A DNA stretch of 30,259 bases from a virus. Lineage: Duplodnaviria > Heunggongvirae > Uroviricota > Caudoviricetes. Shown piece after piece: positions 9,993-19,395 of the stretch (position 1 is the first letter of the stretch; each line of letters begins with the position of its first letter). A model generated the notes under the pieces. It saw only the letters and a program-made list of their open reading frames with translations, was not told where the DNA came from and ran no database searches. Both the position numbers and the translations under genes were made by a program. Location of the stretch: the IMG/VR virus record IMGVR_UViG_2718217795_000001, positions 1 to 30,259 of that record. One strand, given 5' to 3'.

Positions 9993-10624
9993 AACGGAGC
10001 CCCCGTTTGCCCGCCGCTGTCGCCCGGGTGTTTATGGGTGTGGAGCACCTTGCCATTAGACGACAGTGACCCGCCGGAATGTTCGATATTGCCGCTCATC
10101 TTGCCGCCTTTCTGCACCTCAAGCGTCGCCGTCGTCAGCTTATTGGTGCAAATCACCTCCGGGGTGTCGAGGGTGATACTGGTCGAGGCTTTCACCAGTA
10201 CCAGCGGCACGGTTGCGGTGATGGACTCCGATGCCGTCACGTCGGCCGTTTTTATGCCGCTGACCGTCAGCGCGCCGGTTTCGGGCTCGTACTCAATGAC
10301 CGCACCATCAGGGAAAGCCACATGCCACGCATCCGCCGAGGCCGACGGAGCGGGGTTATCGTCGGAGAAAATACCCGGCAGCACGAAAGCGGTATCAAGC
10401 TCACCACCGATTGCCAGCAGCAGAACCTGCTCACCGACCGAGGGAGCCCACCACGTCCGCGAACGACCGGCGCGGGTGGTCAGCCAGTTCAGCCATGTTG
10501 TCTGGATCCCGCCGCTTTGTACGCGGCACAGCCCCTGCACGGTATCAACCTCAGTCACCACACCTGAGCGGATGAGGTTGCGAATCGCGCGTGCGAGCTC
10601 CTGTATCGTGGATAACGTATTCAT
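9989..10624 (-). CDS. V: Baseplate spike protein V, 211 aa
   Basis: P2 gpV-like sequence and size; first gene of the V-W-J-I-H-G block. Confidence 0.9.
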   Translation of the reverse strand: MNTLSTIQELARAIRNLIRSGVVTEVDTVQGLCRVQSGGIQTTWLNWLTTRAGRSRTWWAPSVGEQVLLLAIGGELDTAFVLPGIFSDDNPAPSASADAWHVAFPDGAVIEYEPETGALTVSGIKTADVTASESITATVPLVLVKASTSITLDTPEVICTNKLTTATLEVQKGGKMSGNIEHSGGSLSSNGKVLHTHKHPGDSGGQTGAPL

Positions 10625-10692
10625 AGTGCAAGGATGCCTCTGGTCTGGAGTCGCGCCAATTCGCGCGGCTCCGGTGGTGGTTCACACAATAT

Positions 10693-11142
10693 TTATTTGC
10701 CGAGGTGCCTGATAATGACGTCTTCAATCATCTGCTCATCGTCGCGGGTGAAACCGAGCAACGGGCGGGCATCGTACTGCACATCCCGGCTGTTGCGGTT
10801 TGGCCGGTCTTTGAGCCCGTACTGATGCACCCGCGCCATGCGCTGCACCTTGCCGGTAAACTCCACCACCGCCGCACTGTCGCTGCCTTTAGCTTTCATA
10901 AAGCGGTTGGTGCGCAGTTTGGCGAACATTTCACGTTTAATCCGACCTTTCTTGCTCCGCACCGGCTGGCGCTTACGCGCGGCATACGGGGTGCCGTCGG
11001 GTGCCTGCTGGCGCTTGATGCGCTGTTGCTGACTGGTACGCAACTTTTTCGCAACCTCAGCCGCCATTTGCCGACATGCCGCCGGTGACAGGCTGGCAAT
11101 CAGACCGGCAAGGCGTTCCTGCAGCGCGGTTAATTCACTCAT
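10693..11142 (-). CDS. S: Tail completion / virion morphogenesis protein S, 149 aa
   Basis: P2 gpS-like sequence; order R-S-V. Confidence 0.85.
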   Translation of the reverse strand: MSELTALQERLAGLIASLSPAACRQMAAEVAKKLRTSQQQRIKRQQAPDGTPYAARKRQPVRSKKGRIKREMFAKLRTNRFMKAKGSDSAAVVEFTGKVQRMARVHQYGLKDRPNRNSRDVQYDARPLLGFTRDDEQMIEDVIIRHLGK

Positions 11143-11611
11143 CCCACTTACTCACCAGTTCGCCGTTAACGTACAGCTCGACCGGGCGCGTCACCGGCTC
11201 AGGCAGCGGCGGCTCAGGGGCATAGCTGACGTGCAGCGCGCCGTCGACCTCTTTGACGAGCGTGCGCTCGGTGAGCCTCAGGCTGATACTGATATCAAGC
11301 GAATCGTCGTTATTGATATCAATAATCCAGGTGAATCCTTTTTCCCGGCCGTCGTCGGTGGTCATAATGTCTGGCTGATGTTCACGCAGCCACGCCTGCA
11401 CCGGCACGAATATCAAATCGAGGTCGCCGGTGAAGTCGGTCACCACCACGTTAAGCACGTACACCTTTTCAAACGACAGCGAGCTCGCCAGCCGGGAATC
11501 GGTATGGCCGTTGTCGGCAAACAGGCGCAGCATATCGGGGTTATTTCGGAGCTGCGGCACGGCGTTAATCAGCGCCTTGCGCAGGCTTTTGTGCTTCTGC
11601 ATCGAGTTCAT
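11135..11611 (-). CDS. R: Tail completion protein R, 158 aa
   Basis: P2 gpR-like sequence; overlapped at its 5' end by the o-spanin gene. Confidence 0.85.
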   Translation of the reverse strand: MNSMQKHKSLRKALINAVPQLRNNPDMLRLFADNGHTDSRLASSLSFEKVYVLNVVVTDFTGDLDLIFVPVQAWLREHQPDIMTTDDGREKGFTWIIDINNDDSLDISISLRLTERTLVKEVDGALHVSYAPEPPLPEPVTRPVELYVNGELVSKWDE

Positions 11612-11855
11612 CCTGACAGTGTTTGACGGTTTTGACCTGTAGCGCGCAGGCGGTCAGCGCGCCCTCAAGACGGCGGATATCCGCGCTCAGGTCGCCATTG
11701 GTTTTCGGGTCACTTCCCGGCATCGGGCAAAGGCTCACCCTCGGGCATCCGCTGACCACAATCACCGGCGCTGGCACAGGCGGTGCGGGTGTGCAGCCGA
11801 CGCACAACATCAGGCAAAGCAGCGTTATACCAGCGGCGAAAGGCTTCATTTTCAT
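11565..11855 (-). CDS. lysC: o-spanin (LysC/Rz1-like outer-membrane lipoprotein), 96 aa
   Basis: Signal peptide ending in Cys (LCVGC) followed by Pro-rich segment TPAPPVPAP; starts inside lysB in another frame and runs into R, as in P2. Confidence 0.75.
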   Translation of the reverse strand: MKMKPFAAGITLLCLMLCVGCTPAPPVPAPVIVVSGCPRVSLCPMPGSDPKTNGDLSADIRRLEGALTACALQVKTVKHCQDELDAEAQKPAQGAD

Positions 11856-12123
11856 TAAGTAACCTCGTTATCGTCTGCTCGCGGCGGCTGGCTTCCTCGC
11901 TAGCCTTTGCGAGCTGTTCGCGCAGAACCACCTGCGCGGATTCATTACGTCTGGCAATCTGACCGGCAACACTGAGCTGATTTTTCAGCATGCCAATCGT
12001 CGTCTTTTGTTCGCTCGCGACGCGGTTTGCTGTCTCAAAGGAGCGGGTTAAATTGCCGTTCTCATGGCGCAACCACAGCAGCCCGAGCACGGACAACACT
12101 AACAGCACGGCTAACACTTTCAT
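11710..12123 (-). CDS. lysB: i-spanin (LysB/Rz-like), 137 aa
   Basis: N-terminal transmembrane helix then charged coiled-coil region; ATGA overlap with endolysin stop. Confidence 0.8.
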   Translation of the reverse strand: MKVLAVLLVLSVLGLLWLRHENGNLTRSFETANRVASEQKTTIGMLKNQLSVAGQIARRNESAQVVLREQLAKASEEASRREQTITRLLNENEAFRRWYNAALPDVVRRLHTRTACASAGDCGQRMPEGEPLPDAGK

Positions 12124-12629
12124 TTCACCCCCTTCAGGCAGTAAGTACGCTCACGCTGGCGTCGATTTTCGAGGCCGGTACTACGCTCCCCGTTGACGTA
12201 CACCCAACGGGTGAGCTGGTCGCATGCCTGCCACCACTGATGACGCTTGATGTAAGAGACCAGCGTAGAGCGACAGGCCGCGCCGGTGCCGACGTTAAAA
12301 GAGAAACTGACGAGCGCGTCGTAAACCGACTGCGGCATGGTGACCGGCACGCAGACCGCGAGACGGCGCTCGGTGTTCAGCACGTCTGCGACCAGATTTG
12401 CCGCCGCTTCGCGCTCGGTGATATCCCGTTTCGGTACCACCCCGGCAGTGTGGCCGATGCCTGACGTCCACACGCCCGCGCTGCACTGGTAAGGTGTCAG
12501 GCGACACCCTTCGAGGTCGGCAATCAGCGCCAGACCGTCAGGCGAGGTATTCAGCAGACGAAAATCAGGCATCAGTGCCGCCAGCGCCAGCACTGCGGCC
12601 ACACTGCAACGTTTAACGATTGAGCTCAC
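12120..12629 (-). CDS. SAR endolysin, T4-lysozyme-like (P21 R / P1 Lyz type), 169 aa
   Basis: GTG start (track); weakly hydrophobic Ala-rich N-terminal segment (SAR-like); catalytic pattern E40-x8-C49-x5-T55 with extra Cys8 and Cys42; C-terminus resembles P21-type endolysins. Confidence 0.85.
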   Translation of the reverse strand: MSSIVKRCSVAAVLALAALMPDFRLLNTSPDGLALIADLEGCRLTPYQCSAGVWTSGIGHTAGVVPKRDITEREAAANLVADVLNTERRLAVCVPVTMPQSVYDALVSFSFNVGTGAACRSTLVSYIKRHQWWQACDQLTRWVYVNGERSTGLENRRQRERTYCLKGVK

Positions 12630-12834
12630 GGGTCACCCCTTTGTCGATTCCCATTTCGGTCAGGTAACGAAAGGTTTTGCGCCGGTACCAGAAATTCACC
12701 GCCGCCGTAAAAATGGCGCACAGACTACCCACATACAGCGCCAGTTTTTCGGGCGACATTGCCCCGAAATACGCCAGCCCAACGGCCAGCCAGTAGGCGA
12801 TAAACGTGGTGATTTTTTCCATACTCAGTCCCAT
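12613..12834 (-). CDS. Class II holin (pinholin-like) with dual-start motif, 73/69 aa
   Basis: Two predicted TM helices and charged C-terminus; N-terminus MGLSM gives two in-frame ATG starts (12834 and 12822) like the S21 71/68 holin/antiholin pair; sits directly upstream of the SAR endolysin. Confidence 0.7.
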   Translation of the reverse strand: MGLSMEKITTFIAYWLAVGLAYFGAMSPEKLALYVGSLCAIFTAAVNFWYRRKTFRYLTEMGIDKGVTRELNR

Positions 12835-13028
12835 AGGTTCAGGGTCTCCGCCGTGGGTGATGTTTCAACGTCTGGCAGGTCAATCGCCGTGCCATGCGGC
12901 AGAATGACGCCCAGCTCAGACAGGCCGGGATTAGCCTGCAGCACCGTCTCGACCACGCCCTCAGTGCGCCCGTAATACCGGACGCAAAGCGCGTCGAGGG
13001 TATCGCCCTGCATCGCGTAGACTTTCAT
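12825..13028 (-). CDS. X: Tail protein X (LysM-like), 67 aa
   Basis: Same length as P2 gpX and closely similar by eye (GDTLDA-CVRYYGRTEGVVETVL motif). Confidence 0.88.
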   Translation of the reverse strand: MKVYAMQGDTLDALCVRYYGRTEGVVETVLQANPGLSELGVILPHGTAIDLPDVETSPTAETLNLWD

Positions 13029-13537
13029 CAGAGCTGGCCCACGATGCAGCGCGGCTTATCCTGCAGGCGCGAGACCGACCAGCGCATATCCCGCCACAGG
13101 TCATCAATGGTGGTTTCGACGCTGTCGGCTTTTTTGTCACCCTTGCCGGTGGCCTCAACCCCGCGATAACGCTCATACAGGGTGGCTGTCGCCATCGCCG
13201 TCACGGCGCTCAGGTAGTGGAAAACACGCACATTCTCGCCGTCGATTTCCTCGGCGTCAGGCACGTCGGCCAGTGTCTTAAACCCGGCGGCAATCTGGCG
13301 CAGCCGGTAGTCGTAAAGCTCTGCATTGGTTTCCGCCATGCCGGTCTTGATGGCGTTGCGCAGGCGCGCATCGGAAACCGTCTGCTCAAGGCGCATCAGC
13401 TCGCGCACCCGCTTCGGATCCACATCAGGGAAAAAGAACGTGTTTTTAATCACTGCGTCGCCCGTCTCCGGTGCTGGAATCACCACGCCCGGTACGTCCT
13501 GCGGTTCGTCGGGCTGATTCAGTATTACTGTCGTCAT
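13028..13537 (-). CDS. L: Head completion protein L, 169 aa
   Basis: P2 gpL-like sequence and size; ATG at 13535-13537. Confidence 0.85.
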   Translation of the reverse strand: MTTVILNQPDEPQDVPGVVIPAPETGDAVIKNTFFFPDVDPKRVRELMRLEQTVSDARLRNAIKTGMAETNAELYDYRLRQIAAGFKTLADVPDAEEIDGENVRVFHYLSAVTAMATATLYERYRGVEATGKGDKKADSVETTIDDLWRDMRWSVSRLQDKPRCIVGQL

Positions 13538-13630
13538 GACAACCTCATTAGGTTGGGCGGTGGACGCCGGTCGCCGTCAGGGTCAAAACCCGCTTTGACC
13601 GGCGTGCCGCCCGGCTCGGGGAGCGTTCAG

Positions 13631-14380
13631 TTAACCGGCGGTTTTTACCGCCTTTGGTGGACGCCCGCGCTTTGCCGCCGGTCTGGTGGCAGGTTTGCGC
13701 GTGCGCGGTTTAGTCGTTTTACGGGGCGCGGCATCGGGCTTAGGCTTCAATGCCCGCTCCAGTCGCTCAATCTCTTTGCGCACACCGGCATTGCGGTCGA
13801 GCTGCATTGCGCGCTGAAACTGCGCCAGCGCTTCGGCGTCCTGACCGGCATCGCGCAGGGTCAGGCCAGTCACCTTATGCAGACGAGCGCGCACCATATC
13901 GGGAACGTCAGCACCGTCGGTCAGGCTGAGGGTGGTCAGCAGTAATGCGAGGTCGACAGGCTCACCGGCATCGCGCAGGCGCAGCGCGGCAAGTGCCACC
14001 TCCTCAACCAGCATGTAAGGCGTGGTTCGGCGATGGTTAGAGGTGAGGCCGTATTTCAGCGCGTAGGGCGCAATTTCCAGCGCGCCAGCGATATCACCGG
14101 CATCGAGACGCCACAGCATGACGGTCATGACAATGTCATCCTGCGCACCACGGCCATCAGCCAGCACACCGGCGACCCACGGCGCATAGAACGGCAACAG
14201 CTCGCGCTTTTTCGCGGCTTTCAGTTCGTTTGAACGGATGGTTTTTAACGTGCGACGGTCATCGGCCAGCTTTACCAGCATCTGCTCGTAGGCGGTTGCA
14301 TGGCGCAGCGGGGCTTGTTCCCGCTGCGCGGCTTGAGAGGCCGAGACCCGCATCATGTGACGCTGTGCGGGGCTCGTCAT
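13631..14380 (-). CDS. M: Terminase endonuclease (small) subunit M, 249 aa
   Basis: P2 gpM-like sequence with basic Lys/Arg/Pro-rich C-terminal tail; order O-N-M-L. Confidence 0.85.
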   Translation of the reverse strand: MTSPAQRHMMRVSASQAAQREQAPLRHATAYEQMLVKLADDRRTLKTIRSNELKAAKKRELLPFYAPWVAGVLADGRGAQDDIVMTVMLWRLDAGDIAGALEIAPYALKYGLTSNHRRTTPYMLVEEVALAALRLRDAGEPVDLALLLTTLSLTDGADVPDMVRARLHKVTGLTLRDAGQDAEALAQFQRAMQLDRNAGVRKEIERLERALKPKPDAAPRKTTKPRTRKPATRPAAKRGRPPKAVKTAG

Positions 14381-14383
14381 GGT

Positions 14384-15451
14384 TTAGGCTCCGCTTTCCG
14401 GTGCTGCAGGTGCGGTGAAATCGCCGAGGGTGATGTTTTCCAGCAGGCACCCGGCGGCATACGCCTCGACCACATAGTCGATGTTCATCGACTCGTAGTT
14501 TTCCACGCGGTCTTTTTTCGGGTTCTCATCAATGCTGCGGCGGTGGCTCTCATCCATGAAGTAGATAGAGAGGTTTTCCAGCGTGGTCACGAACACCGCA
14601 TTCGCCGGGAAGTACGGCACGCGCACGGCTGGCAGGTTGCCGATGCGCTTCTGGCTGATGATGATATCCGCCGCGAGCGACTCGGTGTTTTCCTGCTGTT
14701 TGTTGACCAGCGGGAAATATTTGTCAGCCAGCAGCTTACGGCCAACGATGGCAACGAGTTTCGGGTCATCCTGATAAATCTCGTCAATCAGGGTGTTGGT
14801 ACCATCCATCACCAGCGCGTCGAGGTTCTCATAGTCGCCGTTCTTACCGACACGAATCACCGCCGAAACGACCTTACCGTCAGCGTCGGTGATGTTGCTC
14901 ATCACGCGGGCAGGAGCTTCGTTGCGGTACTTCTGCAGCCAGCCGACGGCCACATCCTGCAGCATCGGGTTTTTGCTGCGGTCTGAGGTATCAGCGCGGG
15001 TGGTACCGTTGAAACCGGCCATGATGAAATCCAGTGCCTGACGCTGGACAATGGCGTCGCGGATGCGGCGCTGGAAGTCCTGAAAACGCGCCCACAGGTC
15101 GAGGCGTTTATAGGTCAGGTGGAAGTCAAAGTTAATCTGATTGCACTCGTACTTGTTGGACTCAAGCGCGGTGAAATCTGCGGTCTGGCGCTCTTTGTCA
15201 CCCGAGGTGTCGGTCGTGCTGGCGATGGTGCCGGTCACACCGACGCCGATTTTCTCGCCCTTCATTTCTGCGACCGGCAGAATGTTAATCATCTGCAAAA
15301 ATGCAGATGACGCCTGCACGGTGTTCATCAGCGTTTGCGTGACGGACGGCTCGACGGTGAATTTTTTGCTGACGTCATCAACGCTGATGCCGTTCAGTTT
15401 GGCGAGCTGGGTCAGATAGGCATTGAACTTAAAACGGGTTTCCTGACGCAT
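14384..15451 (-). CDS. N: Major capsid protein N, 355 aa (start corrected)
   Basis: Track ORF begins at a GTG (15484); the internal ATG at 15449-15451 has an AGGAAA RBS and gives an N-terminus MRQETRFKFNAY matching P2 gpN. Confidence 0.9.
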   Translation of the reverse strand: MRQETRFKFNAYLTQLAKLNGISVDDVSKKFTVEPSVTQTLMNTVQASSAFLQMINILPVAEMKGEKIGVGVTGTIASTTDTSGDKERQTADFTALESNKYECNQINFDFHLTYKRLDLWARFQDFQRRIRDAIVQRQALDFIMAGFNGTTRADTSDRSKNPMLQDVAVGWLQKYRNEAPARVMSNITDADGKVVSAVIRVGKNGDYENLDALVMDGTNTLIDEIYQDDPKLVAIVGRKLLADKYFPLVNKQQENTESLAADIIISQKRIGNLPAVRVPYFPANAVFVTTLENLSIYFMDESHRRSIDENPKKDRVENYESMNIDYVVEAYAAGCLLENITLGDFTAPAAPESGA

Positions 15452-15526
15452 AGTATTTCCTGTTTGAATTAATCGGTTAGTCACAGCATCGGGCGGGGTT
15501 GCCGCCCGGTTTCGGTCTGCGGTTTA

Positions 15527-16381
15527 TCAGCAGTCGGTCAGCAGCTCGTCGCCACCACCGCCACTGGCTTTTGTACGTCGCGGCTGGCTGAAACTTTCGG
15601 TTTTGTCGAGGGTGTTTTTCAGGGCGGAAAATGCCTGGCTGGTTTCTTCGACCTTGCCGGTCAGCTCCTGTTTGAAGGTGGCAAACGCGGTTTCCATAGC
15701 GGAAAGGCGCTCGTCTTGCTTGGTCAGGTTGGTCTGCACATGTTCGCTGACGGTGGTCACCGCCTCATGCACATCATTCAGGCGCGCATCGTCGCTGACC
15801 TGCTTACGACTGAAAATGGCTTTCACCTTATCGGCCAGGCTGTTGAGCACCGTGTCGGGAACGTCTTCAAATTCCAGCTCGGCCAGCGTGGCAACGGAAA
15901 AGACGTTTTCAGGGTTGGCCTTAAAGCGCTGCAGCGGGTTGTGCTTCGCGTTGCGGCAGAATTCGAGGTACTCGGTACCGAGGCTCGCCGGGTCATCGGT
16001 GACCGCAAGGCCGACGAGGTAGCATTTGCCGGTATTGGCAAAATTCGGCTGAATTTCCATTGAGGTGTAGACCTTCTGCGCGGCTTTATTCATCGCGATA
16101 AGGTCATCGGTCGGGGTGATTTTAGCGAACAACGCCCATTTGCCGTTAAGCGCAGAATCGTCGTCAATCTTCTCGGCTTTCAGTTCGACCACATCGCCAT
16201 AGCGCTTGAATACGCCATCAGGCAGCAAGCCGCGCAGGTGTTCAAGGTTGATACGGCAACCGTAGACGCGCGGGTCGTAGGTTTCGGCCATTTCCTGAAT
16301 ATCGCCGGCGCTGATAATGCGCCCGTCGCAGGTATCACCCTCGACGCCGATGCGAAAGAACTTTGAGACTTTTTTTGCCAT
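15527..16381 (-). CDS. O: Capsid scaffold protein O, 284 aa
   Basis: N-terminus MAKKVSKFFRIGVEGDTCDGR matches P2 gpO; same length. Confidence 0.92.
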   Translation of the reverse strand: MAKKVSKFFRIGVEGDTCDGRIISAGDIQEMAETYDPRVYGCRINLEHLRGLLPDGVFKRYGDVVELKAEKIDDDSALNGKWALFAKITPTDDLIAMNKAAQKVYTSMEIQPNFANTGKCYLVGLAVTDDPASLGTEYLEFCRNAKHNPLQRFKANPENVFSVATLAELEFEDVPDTVLNSLADKVKAIFSRKQVSDDARLNDVHEAVTTVSEHVQTNLTKQDERLSAMETAFATFKQELTGKVEETSQAFSALKNTLDKTESFSQPRRTKASGGGGDELLTDC

Positions 16382-16546
16382 TGTCAGGAGTCCTGAGGTT
16401 GGGGTTACTGGTCACCGCCAGTTTCCAGACTCGTGACACGCCAGACCACCAATGACGACTGGACAACCGCCCACACAACAGCACCTTAGCGAATCACTGA
16501 CGGCCATTAAGTAGCCTTGCCCTGAATCCACTACGGCGAGGCATCA
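16382..16546. promoter_or_regulatory. Divergent late promoter region between O and P
   Basis: 165-bp intergenic region between divergently transcribed late operons; by analogy with P2 P_O/P_P. No perfect TGT-N12-ACA activator dyad found, only one-mismatch candidates. Confidence 0.4.
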
Positions 16547-18316
16547 ATGACCATCTCCACCGATACAACCTTGTTGCATGACCCGCGACGGCAGGCATCG
16601 CTGCTTTACTGGCAGGGCTTTTCCGTGCCACAGATTGCCGAAATGCTGCAGGTCAAGCGCCCGACCGTGCAGAGCTGGAAGCAGCGCGACGGCTGGGACG
16701 GTATCGCACCGATTTCCCGCGTCGAAAGCAGCCTTGAGGCGCGCCTGATTCAGCTCATCGCCAAGCCGCAAAAGTCAGGCGGCGACTTCAAAGAGATTGA
16801 CCTGCTCGGGCGGCAGATTGAGCGACTGGCGCGCGTTAACCGCTACAGCCAGACCGGCAACGAGGTCGACCTTAACCCCAATGTCGCCAACCGTAACAAG
16901 GGCGAGCGTAAGAAGCCGAAAAAGAACTTTTTCAGCGACGAGGCTATCGGGAAACTGGAGGAATTATTTTTCGACCAGTCTTTCGAATACCAGTTGCAGT
17001 GGTACCGCGCAGGACTGGCGCACCGTATTCGCGACATTCTCAAATCCCGCCAGATTGGCGCGACGTTCTATTTTTCCCGCGAGGCACTGCTGCGCGCACT
17101 CAAGACCGGCCATAACCAGATTTTTCTTTCAGCCAGTAAAACGCAGGCTTACGTGTTCCGTGAATACATCATCCAGTTTGCGCGACTGGTCGACGTTGAC
17201 CTGACCGGCGACCCGATTGTCATCGGCAACAACGGCGCAAAGCTGATTTTTCTCGGTACCAATTCCAACACGGCGCAGAGCCATAATGGCGACCTGTATG
17301 TCGACGAAATTTTCTGGATCCCGAACTTTCAGCGGCTGCGCAAAGTCGCCTCGGGCATGGCCTCGCAAAAACACCTGCGCTCAACCTATTTTTCAACGCC
17401 CTCCACGCTGGCGCATGGCGCTTACCCCTTCTGGTCTGGCGAACTGTTCAACAAGGGGCGCAGCAGTATCACCGAGCGTATCGATATCGATATCAGCCAT
17501 ACCGCGCTCGCCGGTGGTCAGCTCTGCGACGATGGACAGTGGCGGCAGATTGTCACCATTGAGGACGCGCTTGCCGGTGGCTGCACCCTGTTTGACCTTG
17601 ACCAGCTCAAACGCGAAAACAGCGCAGAAGACTTTAAAAACCTGTTTATGTGCGAATTTGTCGACGACAAAGCGTCGGTGTTCCCGTTCGAGGAGCTGCA
17701 ACGCTGCATGGTCGACGTGATGGAAGAATGGGAGGATTTTGCCCCGTTCGCCGATTATCCATTCGGATCCCGCCCGGTCTGGATTGGCTACGACCCGTCA
17801 CACACTGGCGACAGCGCCGGGTGCGTCGTACTCGCGCCGCCGGTGGTCTCGGGTGGCAAGTTCCGCATGCTGGAGCGCCATCAGTGGAAAGGCATGGACT
17901 TTGCCGCACAGGCAGAGGGGATCCGAAAGCTGACCGAGAAATATAACGTTGAATACATCGGCATTGACGCGACCGGCCTCGGCCTCGGCGTTTATCAGTT
18001 GGTGCGCTCATTCTTCCCGGCAGCGCGCGGTATCCGTTACACGCCTGAAATGAAAACCGCAATGGTGCTCAAGGCAAAAGACACCATTCGCCGCGGCTGT
18101 CTGGAATACGACGCCGGGGCAACCGACGTCACTCAGTCGTTTATGTCCATCCGCAAAACCATGACCAGCAGCGGGCGCAGCGCCACCTATGAGGCCAGCC
18201 GCACCGAGGAAGCCAGTCACGCCGATATCGCATGGGCGACCATGCACGCCCTGTTAAACGAACCGCTTTCTGCCGGTAGCGGCATGCAGCCTAAATCTAT
18301 TCTGGAGTTCAACTAA
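16547..18316 (+). CDS. P: Terminase ATPase (large) subunit P, 589 aa
   Basis: P2 gpP-like sequence and size; ATG with GGCGAGG RBS; TAATG overlap with Q. Confidence 0.92.
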   Translation: MTISTDTTLLHDPRRQASLLYWQGFSVPQIAEMLQVKRPTVQSWKQRDGWDGIAPISRVESSLEARLIQLIAKPQKSGGDFKEIDLLGRQIERLARVNRYSQTGNEVDLNPNVANRNKGERKKPKKNFFSDEAIGKLEELFFDQSFEYQLQWYRAGLAHRIRDILKSRQIGATFYFSREALLRALKTGHNQIFLSASKTQAYVFREYIIQFARLVDVDLTGDPIVIGNNGAKLIFLGTNSNTAQSHNGDLYVDEIFWIPNFQRLRKVASGMASQKHLRSTYFSTPSTLAHGAYPFWSGELFNKGRSSITERIDIDISHTALAGGQLCDDGQWRQIVTIEDALAGGCTLFDLDQLKRENSAEDFKNLFMCEFVDDKASVFPFEELQRCMVDVMEEWEDFAPFADYPFGSRPVWIGYDPSHTGDSAGCVVLAPPVVSGGKFRMLERHQWKGMDFAAQAEGIRKLTEKYNVEYIGIDATGLGLGVYQLVRSFFPAARGIRYTPEMKTAMVLKAKDTIRRGCLEYDAGATDVTQSFMSIRKTMTSSGRSATYEASRTEEASHADIAWATMHALLNEPLSAGSGMQPKSILEFN

Positions 18317-19362
18317 TGGGTAAGCAAAAATCCCGCAAAGCCGCTGCGCAGAAGGCCAGCAAGCCACAACACCTGACCGCCAGCGCACCGCCAAAAACAA
18401 CAGCTTTCACCTTCGGCGAGCCGGTGCCGGTACTCGATAAGCGCGACATTCTGGATTACGTCGAGTGCATCAGTAACGGCAAGTGGTACGAGCCGCCGGT
18501 CAGCTTCTCCGGGCTGGCAAAGAGCCTGCGCTCTGCTGTACATCACAGCTCACCGATTTACGTTAAGCGCAACGTGCTCGCGAGCACCTACATTCCGCAC
18601 CCGTTGCTGTCCCGTCAGGATTTCAGCCGCTTTGCGCTCGACTATCTGGTATTCGGCAATGCCTTTCTTGAGCAGCGCCACAGCGTCACCGGCCAGTTAA
18701 TCAAGCTGCTGGCCTCACCGGCCAAATACACCCGGCGCGGGGTCGACGATTCTATATTCTGGTTTGTGGAAAACTTCACTCTACCGCATGAGTTCGCGCC
18801 TGATACGGTGTTTCACCTGCTGGAGCCCGATATTAATCAGGAGATTTACGGCCTGCCCGAATATCTCAGCGCGCTTAATTCTGCCTGGCTGAATGAATCC
18901 GCGACGCTGTTCCGCCGCAAGTATTACCAGAACGGCGCGCACGCGGGTTACATCATGTATGTGACCGACCCGGCGCAGAGCGCGACCGACGTCGAATCGC
19001 TGCGCGAGGCGATGCGAAACTCGAAAGGGCTCGGCAACTTTAAGAACCTGTTTTTCTACGCTCCCGGCGGAAAACCGGACGGCATCAAAATCGTGCCACT
19101 GAGTGAGGTCGCCACAAAGGATGACTTTTTCAACATCAAGAAAGCCAGCGCCGCCGACCTGATGGACGCGCACCGCGTACCGTTCCAGCTCATGGGCGGC
19201 AAGCCCGAGAATATCGGTTCGCTCGGTGACGTTGAGAAGGTGGCAAAAGTATTTGTGCGTAACGAGCTGTCACCCCTGCAGGACAGGTTCAGGGAGGTAA
19301 ACGACTGGCTCGGCATGGAGGTCATCAGGTTCAAAGAGTACACCCTCGACAACCCGGAATAA
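18316..19362 (+). CDS. Q: Portal protein Q, 348 aa
   Basis: P2 gpQ-like sequence and size; followed by terminator and cos. Confidence 0.92.
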   Translation: MGKQKSRKAAAQKASKPQHLTASAPPKTTAFTFGEPVPVLDKRDILDYVECISNGKWYEPPVSFSGLAKSLRSAVHHSSPIYVKRNVLASTYIPHPLLSRQDFSRFALDYLVFGNAFLEQRHSVTGQLIKLLASPAKYTRRGVDDSIFWFVENFTLPHEFAPDTVFHLLEPDINQEIYGLPEYLSALNSAWLNESATLFRRKYYQNGAHAGYIMYVTDPAQSATDVESLREAMRNSKGLGNFKNLFFYAPGGKPDGIKIVPLSEVATKDDFFNIKKASAADLMDAHRVPFQLMGGKPENIGSLGDVEKVAKVFVRNELSPLQDRFREVNDWLGMEVIRFKEYTLDNPE

Positions 19363-19371
19363 TCCCCCTCA

Positions 19372-19395
19372 AGCCGCCAGCATGGCGGCTTTTTC
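19372..19395 (+). terminator. Rho-independent terminator after Q
   Basis: Perfect 7-bp stem AGCCGCC / GGCGGCT with 5-nt loop followed by TTTTT, 10 nt after the Q stop. Confidence 0.65.

Noticed and set aside
9807-10712. 301-aa plus-strand ORF antisense to W and V
   Set aside because: Lies entirely opposite two well-supported conserved baseplate genes in GC-rich DNA, where long spurious antisense frames are expected; no RBS context or recognisable product.
13217-13945. 242-aa plus-strand ORF antisense to L and M, and similar antisense ORFs across the late region (e.g. 647-1303, 2064-2597, 5693-6130, 8066-8722, 14300-14986, 16797-17204)
   Set aside because: All overlap strongly supported phage genes on the other strand and show the composition of chance open frames in high-GC DNA.
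16382-16546. Ogr/Delta-type activator site (TGT-N12-ACA) for late promoters
   Set aside because: Only one-mismatch candidates (e.g. GTT-N12-ACA, TGG-N12-ACA) were found here and none in the FI-G gap; I do not annotate a specific site without computation against a matrix.
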